In this document: positions 19,068 through 28,972 of the stretch, one piece after another
How positions within the stretch are numbered: position 1 is the first letter of the stretch
Layout: the number at the start of each line of letters is the position of its first letter
NCBI GenBank assembly: GCA_039028615.1
Contig: JBCCHT010000051.1
Location: forward strand, 28,959 to 92,958
Reading direction: 5' to 3'
Origin: Myxococcota bacterium
Lineage (GTDB): Bacteria; Myxococcota_A; Polyangia; Nannocystales; Nannocystaceae
DNA: 64,000 bases
Position numbers and translations under genes: made by a program
Notes under the pieces: generated by a model
Databases searched by the model: none
Seen by the model: the letters and a program-made list of their open reading frames with translations, nothing else
Told to the model about the DNA's origin: nothing

Positions 19068-20891
19068 ATGATGGCCTCGGTGACGGGTGAGCGGAATACC
19101 GGCCAGGGGTGCGCCGTCCACTCGACCGTGGACGGCCTCTCGCCGAAGTCCGAGCTTCCGTCGCGGCGACAAGCAGCGTGGTGGCGCACGAAGGTCACGA
19201 TTCACCAGGCGCGGCGCATCCTGGCCGATCTCGGGCCCCAGGGGCCGTCTCGCCATCGACCGTCGGCGAGCCTGCGAGACACGCCCGTGCTGGCCCGCTC
19301 GCAGACTGCGCTGTGGTCGACGAACCCGGGCCCGGAGTGGGTGCTCGAGGCGGGCAAGGTGGAGAACCTCCGCCGGGCGATCCGCTGCTTCGACGGCATC
19401 GAGGTGTCCGCGGGGCAGGTGCTGAGCTTCTGGGCCCAGGTGGGTCCGCCGTGGGCGATGCGGGGCTTCGTGGAGGGCCGAGAGGTCCGCGAGGGCTGCA
19501 TCATCCCCTCCATCGCGGGCGGCCTGTGCCAGCTGTCCAACGCGCTGTACGACGTGGCTCGGCGTGCGGGGCTGGAGATCGTCGAACGGCATGCGCACTC
19601 GCGGGTCGTGCCGGGCTCGGCGGCGGCGGCCGGCCACGATGCCACGGTGATGTGGAACTACGTCGATCTGCGCGTGCGATCGACCCATGCGTTTCGAGTC
19701 GAGGCCGAGCTGGAGGCCGACGCCCTGGTGGTGCGCCTACGAGGCCTGGCTACGCCCCGCCCTTCGGCCATCCCCACGCCTCGACCCAGCTCGCCGCTAC
19801 GGGTGGTCGGGGCGACCGATGGCGTGCGCAGCTGTCTGTCGTGCGAGCAGGACTGCCATCGGGCCCGGCCCGCTCCCACCACGCGCCAGGGTCACCGGGC
19901 GTGGTTGGTCGACGGCGTGTGGCCGGAGCACGACGCGTGGCTCCAAGCCGAGCGCGGGGCCGATGACGTCCTGCTGCTGCCGATCGACGGACGACGCTTC
20001 CGACGAGCCCGCTACGCCTGGACCACGCAGGGCTTCGCGGCCGTGCATGGGTTCCCGGCCCTGACCCTGCAGCGTGCGCTCGCGTCTCGGCGCCTGGCCG
20101 CGCAGGGGGCCGCCCGGCAGCGGGCCCAGCTACACCACGAGGCCCGGCTGGCTCAGGCGATGGCGGATCGCGTGCCTGCGTCCGCAACCCGCTTGGTCGT
20201 CGCCCAGAACCTGCTGCCGCACTTGTGGCGGGCGGGCGCCCTGGGGGGGCGGCGCTTCGAAGTCCTGATGACCCGGCCACCGATGACCCAGCTGCACGCG
20301 CAGCTCGACCGGGCGCATCGGCTTCACCCGCACAGCCCCACGCTCGCCGATTTCCGGGCCGACCCCGGGCTGATGGAGGCGGAGACCGAGGCCCTCGCCG
20401 CGGCCGACCGCATCGTCACGCCGCACGCCGGACTCGCGCGGAGCTTCGGGGAGCGCGCGGTGAAGCTGGGCTGGGCACGCCCGCCCACGACCCCCCGCTC
20501 GCCGAGTACCGCCGCCCGTCCGCGGCTCTGGCTGCCCGCGAGCACGCTCGGCCGCAAGGGGGTCTACGAGCTACGGGAGGCGCTGGAAGGGCTCGACGTC
20601 GACCTCGTGCTCGGCGGCCCCGTGCTCGAGGACCCAGACTTCTGGGGCCGCCCCACCCGGCGGGGAGGCCTCGAGGATGCGGACTGCGTCGTCCTGCCCG
20701 CCCACGTCGAGACCGCGCCCCGGCGGCTGCTCGCTGCGCTGGCGCGGGGCATTCCGGTCATCGCCAGCGATGCCTGCGGGCTCGAGCCCGAGCCGGGACT
20801 GACGGTCGTGCCCGTCGGAGACGCAGGCGCCCTGCGGGTGGCCCTCGCTCGCCACGTGGACGCCAAGGCGCCCGCCAGCTCGGTGGCCTGA
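19068..20891 (+). CDS. VanW-family domain fused to a glycosyltransferase(GT-B)-like C-terminal domain
   Basis: VanW motifs SFWAQVG, GGLCQLSNALY, ERHAHS, DATVMWNYVDLR; C-terminal RKGVYEL...ADCVVLPAHVE...ALARGIPVIAS. Start uncertain. Confidence 0.8.
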   Translation: MMASVTGERNTGQGCAVHSTVDGLSPKSELPSRRQAAWWRTKVTIHQARRILADLGPQGPSRHRPSASLRDTPVLARSQTALWSTNPGPEWVLEAGKVENLRRAIRCFDGIEVSAGQVLSFWAQVGPPWAMRGFVEGREVREGCIIPSIAGGLCQLSNALYDVARRAGLEIVERHAHSRVVPGSAAAAGHDATVMWNYVDLRVRSTHAFRVEAELEADALVVRLRGLATPRPSAIPTPRPSSPLRVVGATDGVRSCLSCEQDCHRARPAPTTRQGHRAWLVDGVWPEHDAWLQAERGADDVLLLPIDGRRFRRARYAWTTQGFAAVHGFPALTLQRALASRRLAAQGAARQRAQLHHEARLAQAMADRVPASATRLVVAQNLLPHLWRAGALGGRRFEVLMTRPPMTQLHAQLDRAHRLHPHSPTLADFRADPGLMEAETEALAAADRIVTPHAGLARSFGERAVKLGWARPPTTPRSPSTAARPRLWLPASTLGRKGVYELREALEGLDVDLVLGGPVLEDPDFWGRPTRRGGLEDADCVVLPAHVETAPRRLLAALARGIPVIASDACGLEPEPGLTVVPVGDAGALRVALARHVDAKAPASSVA

Positions 20892-20929
20892 CCGGGCATC
20901 CCGCCCACGACGGTCTATCCTTCGATCTC

Positions 20930-22075
20930 GTGTTCGAGGTCGCTTCGTCTGCCCCCCGATGGCGCCGGTCCTGGGATGTAATCCCCGTCGGTGGTCGCCG
21001 TTGGCCCGGTACGAGACGGAGCCGAAGGACGATCGCCACGCTCGCGTTGGGCATGGGGCTGGGGGTGACGCCTGCGGTCTCGGCCTACGTGGCGCCCGAG
21101 GACGGCGTCGATCTACGCTGGCAGGCGCCCGCGCGCTGCCCCTCGTCGGCGCAGGTGCAGGCGCGGCTGAGCGAGTCGCTGCCTCCGAACGCGGGGCCCA
21201 CCGCGGTCGAGGTCCAGGTCCAGGCCGACGGTGGCGACACCCTGCAGGCCACCGCCGTGCTGCGCGGCAGCTGGGGCGAGACCACGCGAACGCTGCACAG
21301 CCCCACCTGCGAGACGCTCGTCGATGCGCTCGCGTTGCTGGTGAGCGTGTCCGTCACCGAAGCGCAGCCGCCCGAGCACCCCGAAGTCCCGCCCCCCGAG
21401 GTGCCTGCGGTGGAGCCCGAGCCCGAGCTCGAGCCCGAACCCGAGCTCGTCGACGATCCGCCCGCCGAGCCTCCGCCCCCGCAACCGAACGAGGCGACCG
21501 CCGACCCACTCTTTGCCGCGGCCGACCGCGAGCCCACCGACCCACCGCCACCCACCGTCGAAGGCCTCGCGCGGCTCGAGCTGCGGCTGGGCGGCGGTGT
21601 GCTCCCCGACGTCGATGCCAGCACCGCGCTGACCGTGGGCATCGGCCGCGCATGGTTCCGAGCGGAGGTGGGCGGCGGCGCCTGGCTGCCACGACAACGG
21701 GAGATCGGGCCGCAGGCCAACGTGGGGATGCGGCTGTTCAGCGGGCACGCGCGGGCCTGCGTGGTCGCGCGTCCGGCCGCGGTGCCCTGGCTGCGCCCGG
21801 CTGCGTGCGCGGGGGCCGAGGCCGGGCTGCTGCAAGGTCGAGGGCAAGGCGAAGGCCTGACCAACCGCAGCGTGGTCAACCGGGCGTGGGCCGCGGCAAT
21901 TGCGGGCTCGTTGCTCGAATTCCGTCCCTGGCGGCGACTGAGCTTCGTGCTCGGAGCCGAGCTGGTGGTCCCCCTGCGCCGTCTCAGCTTCACCCGAGAC
22001 GGCACCGAGGAGATCCATCGCCCCGCCGTGGTGGCCGGCCGCGGGGTGGCCGGGGTGGAGGTTCATTTTCCGTGA
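20930..22075 (+). CDS. Secreted/outer-membrane protein preceding the ECF sigma factor
   Basis: Signal-like stretch ending VSA; LRWQAPARCP, RTLHSPTCETLVDALAL; Pro-rich linker; beta-strand C-terminus ending GVEVHFP. Start uncertain (20930-21053). Confidence 0.7.
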   Translation: MFEVASSAPRWRRSWDVIPVGGRRWPGTRRSRRTIATLALGMGLGVTPAVSAYVAPEDGVDLRWQAPARCPSSAQVQARLSESLPPNAGPTAVEVQVQADGGDTLQATAVLRGSWGETTRTLHSPTCETLVDALALLVSVSVTEAQPPEHPEVPPPEVPAVEPEPELEPEPELVDDPPAEPPPPQPNEATADPLFAAADREPTDPPPPTVEGLARLELRLGGGVLPDVDASTALTVGIGRAWFRAEVGGGAWLPRQREIGPQANVGMRLFSGHARACVVARPAAVPWLRPAACAGAEAGLLQGRGQGEGLTNRSVVNRAWAAAIAGSLLEFRPWRRLSFVLGAELVVPLRRLSFTRDGTEEIHRPAVVAGRGVAGVEVHFP

Positions 22076-22109
22076 CGGATCGGCTCCGCTCACCGGATGG
22101 GGGGTCATG
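22072..22109 (+). promoter_or_regulatory. Putative ECF promoter GTGACGGA-N15-GGATG-N7-ATG upstream of the ECF sigma gene
   Basis: The same motif with identical spacing occurs at 24163-24200. Confidence 0.6.
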
Positions 22110-22676
22110 GCGCCGCTCGCCAAGACGATGACTCCCTCCCACCTGCGCGTAGTACGCCAGGCACGGGAGTCTTCGTTCGAACAGGTCTACGCCGACCACT
22201 TCGATGCGGTGTGGCGATACCTGCGAGCGATGGGCGTGCCCGAGGACCACGTCGACGACGCGGCGCAGGACGTGTTCATGGTCGTGCACCGTCGGCTCCC
22301 CGATTTCGACCACGCTTCCCCGCTGCGGCGCTGGATCTTGGGGATCGCCCGCAAGATCGCGCTGAAGGTTCACGACCGTCGCCGTCGCCCGCCGCCCCGC
22401 CTGGCCGTCGTCGCCGAGCCGGACCCCGAGGCCGAAGATCTGGTGGCGCGGCGTGATGCGGCGGCCCTGGTGGCGCGCTTTTTAGAGACCCTCGAGCCCG
22501 GGCAACGCGAGGTCTTCGTGCTGGCGCAACTCGAAGACATGCCCGTGCCCGAGATCGCCTCGGCGCTCGGCCTCAAGCTCAATACCGCGTACTCGCGGCT
22601 TCGCCTCGCGCGACGTCGCTTCGATCGGGTGGTGGCTCGCCACGCCGCCCAGCAGCGACCCCGGAGGACCCGATGA
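22107..22676 (+). CDS. ECF RNA polymerase sigma-70 factor
   Basis: Region 2: DDAAQDVFMVV, LRRWILGIAR. Region 4: QREVFVLAQLEDMPVPEIASALGLKLNTAYSRLRLAR. Confidence 0.93.
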   Translation: MAPLAKTMTPSHLRVVRQARESSFEQVYADHFDAVWRYLRAMGVPEDHVDDAAQDVFMVVHRRLPDFDHASPLRRWILGIARKIALKVHDRRRRPPPRLAVVAEPDPEAEDLVARRDAAALVARFLETLEPGQREVFVLAQLEDMPVPEIASALGLKLNTAYSRLRLARRRFDRVVARHAAQQRPRRTR

Positions 22677-23446
22677 GCCGCGACGATCTGCGAGCCGAGT
22701 ACTGGGATGCCTACGAGGACGGCCTCGCCCCGCCCCCCGGCTCGGCCGCGCGCAACCTGGCCCGGATCCGCGAGCGCATCGCGGCGGGTGAGGCCGTCGA
22801 GCCCAGCCGCCCACGGCCCGAGCGTCGCCGGGCGGTGGCCGGGGCCGGCGCGGGCGTGCTGTTATGGGGCAAGGCGGCCGCGGTCACGGTGGGGATCAGC
22901 ATCGCGGCCGTGGTCTCGCTCAAGCTCGCGGTGGTGGCGTGGACGGGCACCACGACGAGCGAGCCCAACGAGGGTCCGGCCGAGGGCCAACCAGCCGTCA
23001 CCGCGCCCGCCCAGCCGCGAGCCAAGCCATCGCCGCGGGCTCCCGCCCAGGAGCCCAGCCCCATCGCGCCCGCACCCGCGGAAACCAGCCCCCGTCCGGC
23101 CGAGCCCACCACGACAATTACGCCGCGGCCCGGCCCCGCGCGGACGGCCAAGAACGCGAGCACGCTCGATACCCTGCGTGCCGAGGTCACGCTCATGGAA
23201 CGCGCTCGTGCGGCGCTGACCCGGGGTGACACGACCGCGCTTTCGAAGCTGCTGCGGCAGCACGCCGATCGCTTCCCCACCGGAGCCTTGACCGAAGAGC
23301 GCGAAGCCTGGCGCGCGGTGGTGGCCTGCCGCACGCAGGCGGCCGACGCCTCGAGCCGGGCGAGCCGATTCCTACGCGAGCACCCCGATTCCCCGCAGGC
23401 GGCCCGGGTCCGCAGCGAGTGCGTCCCCGTACGCAAGGTCCGATGA
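22673..23446 (+). CDS. Putative membrane anti-sigma factor with C-terminal TPR-like domain
   Basis: ATGA overlap with the sigma gene; TM helix; Pro-rich linker; LRAEVTLMERARAAL...HADRFPTGALTEERE. Confidence 0.8.
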   Translation: MSRDDLRAEYWDAYEDGLAPPPGSAARNLARIRERIAAGEAVEPSRPRPERRRAVAGAGAGVLLWGKAAAVTVGISIAAVVSLKLAVVAWTGTTTSEPNEGPAEGQPAVTAPAQPRAKPSPRAPAQEPSPIAPAPAETSPRPAEPTTTITPRPGPARTAKNASTLDTLRAEVTLMERARAALTRGDTTALSKLLRQHADRFPTGALTEEREAWRAVVACRTQAADASSRASRFLREHPDSPQAARVRSECVPVRKVR

Positions 23447-23457
23447 TCGGGGCCCGT

Positions 23458-24102
23458 TCACGACGGCGATGCCCCGCCGGGGATCGACCGGCTTCGCTCG
23501 GAGGCCGTCTTCAACAAGTAGGTCGGCCCCGGCTCCCACAACACGAGGCACTCCCCGCGCGGCGACTCGACCACGAACACCCGCTCGGGCTCGGGCTGCG
23601 CCTCGCTTCGCCCCATTACCACCCGCAGCGCCCGTCGCCCCTCGAAATCCGAGAGCCACAACCAGAGCTCCCAGGCGGGCATCGCCGGGCCGTCGCCGGC
23701 CCGATGCATGATCGCCGCGACGCGCTCGGGCACGACCCAGCGCGCGGGCCCTTCGGCGAGCCCCTGCATGCGTCCTTCGTTGCGGCGCCGCATCGTGCGA
23801 AAGAACAGCCACAGGGGCAGCAGCACGAACAGCGAAAGCCCCAGCCCCACGCCCAGCAGCAGGCCCACGACATCGGTCGCCCAGGCCCGTCCGCGGGCGA
23901 GGGCGACGAGCTGGAACACCGCGAGCCCGAGGTAGGGCACGAGCACGATGCCCGCGGTGATGAGCCAGGAGAGCCGCGCCGAGCCGACGTACTCGTCCCA
24001 GTAGCCCTTCACCTCGGGCGCGGCCTCGTCGAACGAACGCGGGGCGGGCTGCTCGAAGAACCGCTGCAGCGCCTCCCATCGCGCCCGACGCTGCGCCAGC
24101 AT
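23458..24102 (-). CDS. Hypothetical protein with two TM helices
   Basis: Hydrophobic WLITAGIVLVPYLGLAVFQLV and VVGLLLGVGLGLSLFVLLPLWLFF; fills the gap between plus-strand genes. Confidence 0.65.
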   Translation of the reverse strand: MLAQRRARWEALQRFFEQPAPRSFDEAAPEVKGYWDEYVGSARLSWLITAGIVLVPYLGLAVFQLVALARGRAWATDVVGLLLGVGLGLSLFVLLPLWLFFRTMRRRNEGRMQGLAEGPARWVVPERVAAIMHRAGDGPAMPAWELWLWLSDFEGRRALRVVMGRSEAQPEPERVFVVESPRGECLVLWEPGPTYLLKTASERSRSIPGGASPS

Positions 24103-24162
24103 TGCAGATCCGTATCACGGACCACGCGACCGCGGCGAATCCATCCCACGGTGCACGATCGC

Positions 24163-24200
24163 GTGACGGACCCGAAGCCCTCGCGGGATGTGGGGACATG
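24163..24200 (+). promoter_or_regulatory. Putative ECF promoter GTGACGGA-N15-GGATG-N7-ATG upstream of the TSP3 lipoprotein
   Basis: Matches 22072-22109 in both boxes and both spacings. Confidence 0.6.
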
Positions 24201-25691
24201 AATCGTCGAAGCATTGGAACTTGGACTCTCGTGTTGGGCCTCAGCGGGGTCGCGTGCGGGGTGGTGCCCGGCAACGTCGGCGACCTACCGGGCGACTCGG
24301 CCGAGGCCAGCTCCACGGGAGAACAGCCGCAAGACGCCACGGAGACGGGCAATGCCGACGAGACCGCCGACGGCAGCAGCGGAGCCACCACCGAGCCCGC
24401 CCCTTCGAATTGCGGACCCACGGGCCCCACGTGCATCGAAGACGAAGACGGTGACTGCGTCGGGATTGCCGAAGACAACGCCCCGGACGTCTACAACCCA
24501 GACCAGGGCGACATGGACGACGACGACATCGCCGACCTCGTCGATCCCTGCCCCACGATCGCGTCCATCGGCGACAGCGACAGCGACGGCCTGGGCAACG
24601 AGTGCGACCCTTGCCGCCGCATCGCCGAGACCTACAACATCCCAGAGGCCGCGCCCTTCGGGTACATGCGCGTGCGCAACATCCCCTCCATCGCCGATGC
24701 GGACGGCGACGGGATCGGCGATGCCTGTGACAACTGCATCCACGTGCCCAACTGCCAGAACTACGACGAGAACAACCCCTGGCTGCCCGGATCCGAGATC
24801 GCCTACGACGACCCCACGCAGTGCCAGACCGACACCGATCAGAACATGGTGGGCGATGCCTGCGAGGGCCTGCCGCCCATGCCCGGCGCCGCGGCGCCCG
24901 TGGGCCTCGGGCCCGACGACGACTTCGACCAAGATGGTCTGACCAACGTCGTCGATGCCTGCCCCCGCTCGATGCTCGCCGACGCGATCGCCTGCAGCAC
25001 CGACGAGGATTGCCCCTTCAACCGAAAGTGCGAGACGGCGGCGGGCCTGTGTGACCACCTCGACACCGACGCCGATGGTGTCGGGGATGCCTGTGACACT
25101 TGCCCGACCGTCGAAAACCCGATGCAGGCTGCCGACGAGTTCGGGGCCGAAGACGACGACCCCGACGGCGACTTCATCGGCAGCGCCTGCGAGGCCAACG
25201 CGCAGTGCGACATTGTGACGGCCCCGGCCCGGGTCGCGTTCTATCCGGTGGCGGTCGAAGGCCAGTGCTGCACGGTGCAATATCGCGGCGACATCGGCTT
25301 CGATCCCGACGGCGTGCCCATCCGCCTCGACTGCGGGGGAGAAGGGCCCGAGTCGTGCCGCGAGGTCCCCCTCAATGCCGCCTTCGCGCCGGGCGTGACC
25401 GCGCTCCCGCCCGGCTGCGACGAGGCGCTCGCGGCCGCGGGCCTCACCGTCGAAACGCACAACGACTTGAACGCCAACGACGTCGGGGGCGTGGCCGAGC
25501 TGTGGCAGTACAGCTGCCGGGTCCCGCCCTCCGATCAGGACTTCGACGGCCTGCCCGATCGGTGCGACCTGTGCCCGCTCGCCTTCGACCCGGAGAACAC
25601 CCCGTACATCGACGACGGCGGCAAGCTGTGGCCCAACGACGGGGCCTACTGCAACGGCGCCTACTCGCTCGACAACATCTGCGGGCAGTAG
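24198..25691 (+). CDS. Thrombospondin type-3 repeat (Ca-binding) Cys-rich lipoprotein
   Basis: GVAC lipobox; repeated DADGDGIGDACDNC, DTDADGVGDACDTCP and DQDFDGLPDRCDLCP motifs. Confidence 0.88.
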   Translation: MNRRSIGTWTLVLGLSGVACGVVPGNVGDLPGDSAEASSTGEQPQDATETGNADETADGSSGATTEPAPSNCGPTGPTCIEDEDGDCVGIAEDNAPDVYNPDQGDMDDDDIADLVDPCPTIASIGDSDSDGLGNECDPCRRIAETYNIPEAAPFGYMRVRNIPSIADADGDGIGDACDNCIHVPNCQNYDENNPWLPGSEIAYDDPTQCQTDTDQNMVGDACEGLPPMPGAAAPVGLGPDDDFDQDGLTNVVDACPRSMLADAIACSTDEDCPFNRKCETAAGLCDHLDTDADGVGDACDTCPTVENPMQAADEFGAEDDDPDGDFIGSACEANAQCDIVTAPARVAFYPVAVEGQCCTVQYRGDIGFDPDGVPIRLDCGGEGPESCREVPLNAAFAPGVTALPPGCDEALAAAGLTVETHNDLNANDVGGVAELWQYSCRVPPSDQDFDGLPDRCDLCPLAFDPENTPYIDDGGKLWPNDGAYCNGAYSLDNICGQ

Positions 25692-25708
25692 TCGGCAGCC
25701 AGACGCAC

Positions 25709-25749
25709 GAACGGCTCGAGGGCGAACCTTCGAGCCGTTCTTCATTTTC
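25709..25749 (+). terminator. Stem-loop terminator between convergent genes
   Basis: gaacggctcgaggg-cgaa-ccttcgagccgttc, a 14-bp stem with one G-U pair, followed by ttcatttt. Confidence 0.65.
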
Positions 25750-25801
25750 GCGTGCCGGGCGAACGCCCCCCGCGAGCCAACCACCCGGCGTGGCGTCGGG
25801 G

Positions 25802-26224
25802 CTAGGCGAGGATGCGTCGCGTGGCGGCGATGGTGCCCCGGACTTCGCGACGACGCGTGCGATGGTCACCACCGAGCGCGGCGATGTAGAGCACCTCGTC
25901 GTGCAGCTCCATGGTGTCGACCGACAGCTCGCACAGCTCACCGCCTCGGCGTACGCGAGGCACCGCGCGCCCTCGACCCACGATGGGCGTCACCGCGGCG
26001 AGCATGCTCAGATCGAGCTCGGTCTTGCTCTGGGCGACCACCATGCCCTCGTCGTCCACCACCAGCACCGCATCCAGCTCGCCTCGGTTGGCCGCGCTCT
26101 GCAGGGCCAGATCGAGCGCATCGGCCGCGTGCTCGGAGCGGTTCTTACGGCGCTCGTACGTGGGACGACCGGGGCGAGGCAGGGGACGAAGGCGAAGGCG
26201 GGGCTGCTCCATCTGCATGTGCAC
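25802..26224 (-). CDS. Roadblock/LC7 (MglB-like) domain protein
   Basis: ALDLALQSAANRGELDAVLVVDDEGMVVAQS pattern. Start may be 26218 or 26212. Confidence 0.65.
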   Translation of the reverse strand: MHMQMEQPRLRLRPLPRPGRPTYERRKNRSEHAADALDLALQSAANRGELDAVLVVDDEGMVVAQSKTELDLSMLAAVTPIVGRGRAVPRVRRGGELCELSVDTMELHDEVLYIAALGGDHRTRRREVRGTIAATRRILA

Positions 26225-26283
26225 ACACTATCCTACCTTTCACGACCCTCCGATTTTTCGGCGAAACGCGTATCCTGCCCATC

Positions 26284-26625
26284 GTGCCGACCCCGGTGGA
26301 CGTCGCTCTATCGCGTAGCAAAGGCGAGCTGCGTATCGAATGGGAGGACGGGAGCTTCTCGACGCTGCCGATCCATTACATCCGAGCGTGGTGCCCCTGT
26401 GCCGGATGCCAAGGCCACGGCACTGTGGTTCGCTACCAAGCCGCCGACCCGGAGATCGGGATCGAGCTCATGGCGGAGGCGGGTGCATACGCCCTGCATC
26501 TCAAATTCTCCGACGGCCACGACAGTGGCATCTACACCTGGGATTGGCTGCAGCGGATCGCCCCGGAAAGCGCTCCGGCGGGCTACAAACATGGGTCCTT
26601 CCAAAAGGGCCAATTCCAGGCCTAG
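26284..26625 (+). CDS. DUF971 / gamma-butyrobetaine hydroxylase-like N-terminal domain protein
   Basis: LRIEWEDG, IRAWCPCAGCQGH, GAYAL, FSDGHDSGIYTWDWL. Confidence 0.9.
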   Translation: MPTPVDVALSRSKGELRIEWEDGSFSTLPIHYIRAWCPCAGCQGHGTVVRYQAADPEIGIELMAEAGAYALHLKFSDGHDSGIYTWDWLQRIAPESAPAGYKHGSFQKGQFQA

Positions 26626-26712
26626 GACCCGGTTTGGCGGCCCGCTTCGGAGTCCTGCGGCGAAGCGCGTGAGTGGTCGCATGTTGGTTGCCATGCGGTT
26701 ACACTCCGCGCC

Positions 26713-27420
26713 ATGGCAGTCGACGCCGCCGAGAGTGAGCTCATCGCCAAATCGCTCAAGCGCTGGGCAGGGTGGGACAGGATCCCTGACGACGTCCTCA
26801 ACGAGCTGTGCTCCAGTGCCGAACTCCAGGAGATCAAGCGCAAGCGCTCCGTGTTTCGCCGCGGCGAGCCCGGCCCCGGTTTGTTCCTGGTCAAGTCGGG
26901 CGAGTTCAAGCTCAGCCTGATCTCCAGCGAAGGCCGCGAGCAGATCCTCTATCTCGCCGAGCCGGGCAAGCTCATCGGTGAGGGCTTCCTCCCCGGCGAC
27001 GTGCAGGCGGCGGCGTCCGCGTTCGCGATGGTGGACTCGGAGATCTGGCGCTTCGAGACCGAGGTCACGGTCAAGCTGATCGCGCGCTCCGAGGAGCTGG
27101 CGTTTGCGCTCATGCGACAAATGGCCTTCCGCGCCAACCGCCTCATCGACCTCGTGCTCGACCTTTCGTTGCGCTCCGTCGAGCGGCGGCTCGCTTCGTT
27201 CCTCTTTACGCTCGCGGTGCGCAACGGCGCCGAGCAGGGCACGCCGTGCGTCATTCCGCGGCAGCTCGACATGAACACGGTCGCCGCGCGGCTGGGCACC
27301 GTTCGCGAGGAAATCTCGCGCGCCCTCAACCGCATGCAGCGCAACGGAATCCTCAGCCTCAGTCGCCAAGAGATCGTGGTCCAGGATCTCGGCGCACTCG
27401 AGCGCGTGACCTACGAGTGA
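26713..27420 (+). CDS. Crp/Fnr-family transcriptional regulator
   Basis: cNMP-like domain (VFRRGEPG, LVKSGEFKL, SEGREQIL, PGKLIGE); HTH (VAARLGTVREEISRALNRM). Confidence 0.92.
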   Translation: MAVDAAESELIAKSLKRWAGWDRIPDDVLNELCSSAELQEIKRKRSVFRRGEPGPGLFLVKSGEFKLSLISSEGREQILYLAEPGKLIGEGFLPGDVQAAASAFAMVDSEIWRFETEVTVKLIARSEELAFALMRQMAFRANRLIDLVLDLSLRSVERRLASFLFTLAVRNGAEQGTPCVIPRQLDMNTVAARLGTVREEISRALNRMQRNGILSLSRQEIVVQDLGALERVTYE

Positions 27421-28895
27421 TCTGGAGTTCGGGCGTGGGTAGGCGAGCGGGTACGCTCGGCCTGGCGCTGTCGCTGGCCGGGGCGTGCTCGAACGACTCG
27501 GCCCCTGCGCAAGAGCCTGCCAAATCGGCACCCGAAGCCGACGTCGAGCCGACCGAGCCCGAGCCCAAGTGCCGGGACTGGTCGACGCTCGATCTGGACG
27601 AGGTGCCGCCGCTGGCCGAGGGCAAACACGCGCCCTTGCTGGATACGGTGTGGCGTCGCGTGCTCGAGAAGCACTTCGACCCCACCCTGGGCTGCCTCGA
27701 CTGGGCCAAGCTGCGGGAGGTCCATGCGGAGAAGATCGCCGAGGCCGCCAACCCGCAGCAGGCCTACGCGATCGTCAACGATCTGCTCGGGGAGCTGAAG
27801 CAGAGCCACCTGCGGCTGTTCCCGCCCACCCCCGACGAAGACACGCCCGGTCCGGTGGCGCCCCCCATCACCGTGCGCTGGGTCGACGACCAGCTCGTGG
27901 TGGTGGACAGCCGCGCCGAAGGCTTGCAGGGGCCCGTGCTCCGCGGCGCCACCGTGCTCGGAATCGACGACGTGCCCATCGGCAAGATCGTCGAGCAGGT
28001 CCGCGCGCGCCATCCCGAGCACGCGTTCCCCCGCATGATCGCCACCACGGCCGCCGCCCGCATGTCGTGCCAGCGCCTCGGGCAGTTCAAGAAGCTCAAG
28101 GTCACCAACCCGGCCAAGGAGCAGCGCAACGCGATCCGCGTGGTGCCCTGCCTCGAGCCCGAAGGCGAGCGCATCACCCTGGGCAACCTCCGCGACGTCC
28201 CCACGCGGGTCGAGCATCGCTTGCTCGAGCAGGGCCGCATCGGCGTGATGCACTTCAACGTCTGGATGCTGCCCATGGTCAAGCGCATGGAGGCGGCCAT
28301 GACCGAGCTGCGCGGCAAGGGCATGCGCGGGCTCATCCTCGACCTGCGGGGCAACCCCGGCGGCGTCGGAGCGATGGCCGTGCCCGTGGCTCGCATGCTC
28401 GTGGACGAGGAAGTCTCGCTGGGCACCATGCGATTCCGCGACTTCGAGCAGGAGCTGAACGTCGAGCCGAGCGGCGATGCCTTCGGTGGGCCGGTCGCGA
28501 TCCTCGTCGACGAGGGCACCGCGAGCACCTCGGAGATCTTCATCGTCGGCCTGCGCGATCACGGACGCGTGAAGGTGTTCGGCTCGCGCGCTTCGGCCGG
28601 AGCCGCCCTGCCCTCGGTCATCGAAGAGCTGCCCGGCGGTGCGCTGCTGCAGTACGTGGTGGCCGACTACCGCTCGCCCAAGGGCACGCTGGTCGAAGGC
28701 ACGGGCATCGAGCCGGATGTGGTCGTAGCGGAGACCCGCGACGACTTCGCCGCCGGTCGCGACCCCGTGCTCATGGCTGCCCACGGCTACCTGAACGAGC
28801 AGCTGGGTCCCGTCGCCGACCCGACCGCCGATCCTTCAGTCGAAACCGGACCCTCGGCGGACGGTGCAGCGGATTCGACCGGCGCAGCGCCCTGA
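27417..28895 (+). CDS. S41-family peptidase lipoprotein
   Basis: LAGAC lipobox; LGELKQSH, ILDLRGNPGG, TASTSEIF, EGTGIEPD. GTG 27417 overlaps the Crp stop; alternative start 27435. Confidence 0.88.
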   Translation: MIWSSGVGRRAGTLGLALSLAGACSNDSAPAQEPAKSAPEADVEPTEPEPKCRDWSTLDLDEVPPLAEGKHAPLLDTVWRRVLEKHFDPTLGCLDWAKLREVHAEKIAEAANPQQAYAIVNDLLGELKQSHLRLFPPTPDEDTPGPVAPPITVRWVDDQLVVVDSRAEGLQGPVLRGATVLGIDDVPIGKIVEQVRARHPEHAFPRMIATTAAARMSCQRLGQFKKLKVTNPAKEQRNAIRVVPCLEPEGERITLGNLRDVPTRVEHRLLEQGRIGVMHFNVWMLPMVKRMEAAMTELRGKGMRGLILDLRGNPGGVGAMAVPVARMLVDEEVSLGTMRFRDFEQELNVEPSGDAFGGPVAILVDEGTASTSEIFIVGLRDHGRVKVFGSRASAGAALPSVIEELPGGALLQYVVADYRSPKGTLVEGTGIEPDVVVAETRDDFAAGRDPVLMAAHGYLNEQLGPVADPTADPSVETGPSADGAADSTGAAP

Positions 28896-28972
28896 TCAAC
28901 GCCGTTTCGGGCCCTCCGCGAATAGGCCATGTTCTGGCCGCGTAACAGTTCCCCCTGGTAGGGTGAGCTTCT

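Noticed and set aside
19068..20891. Vancomycin resistance locus
   Set aside because: A VanW domain alone does not confer resistance, and vanH/A/X/R/S are not present.
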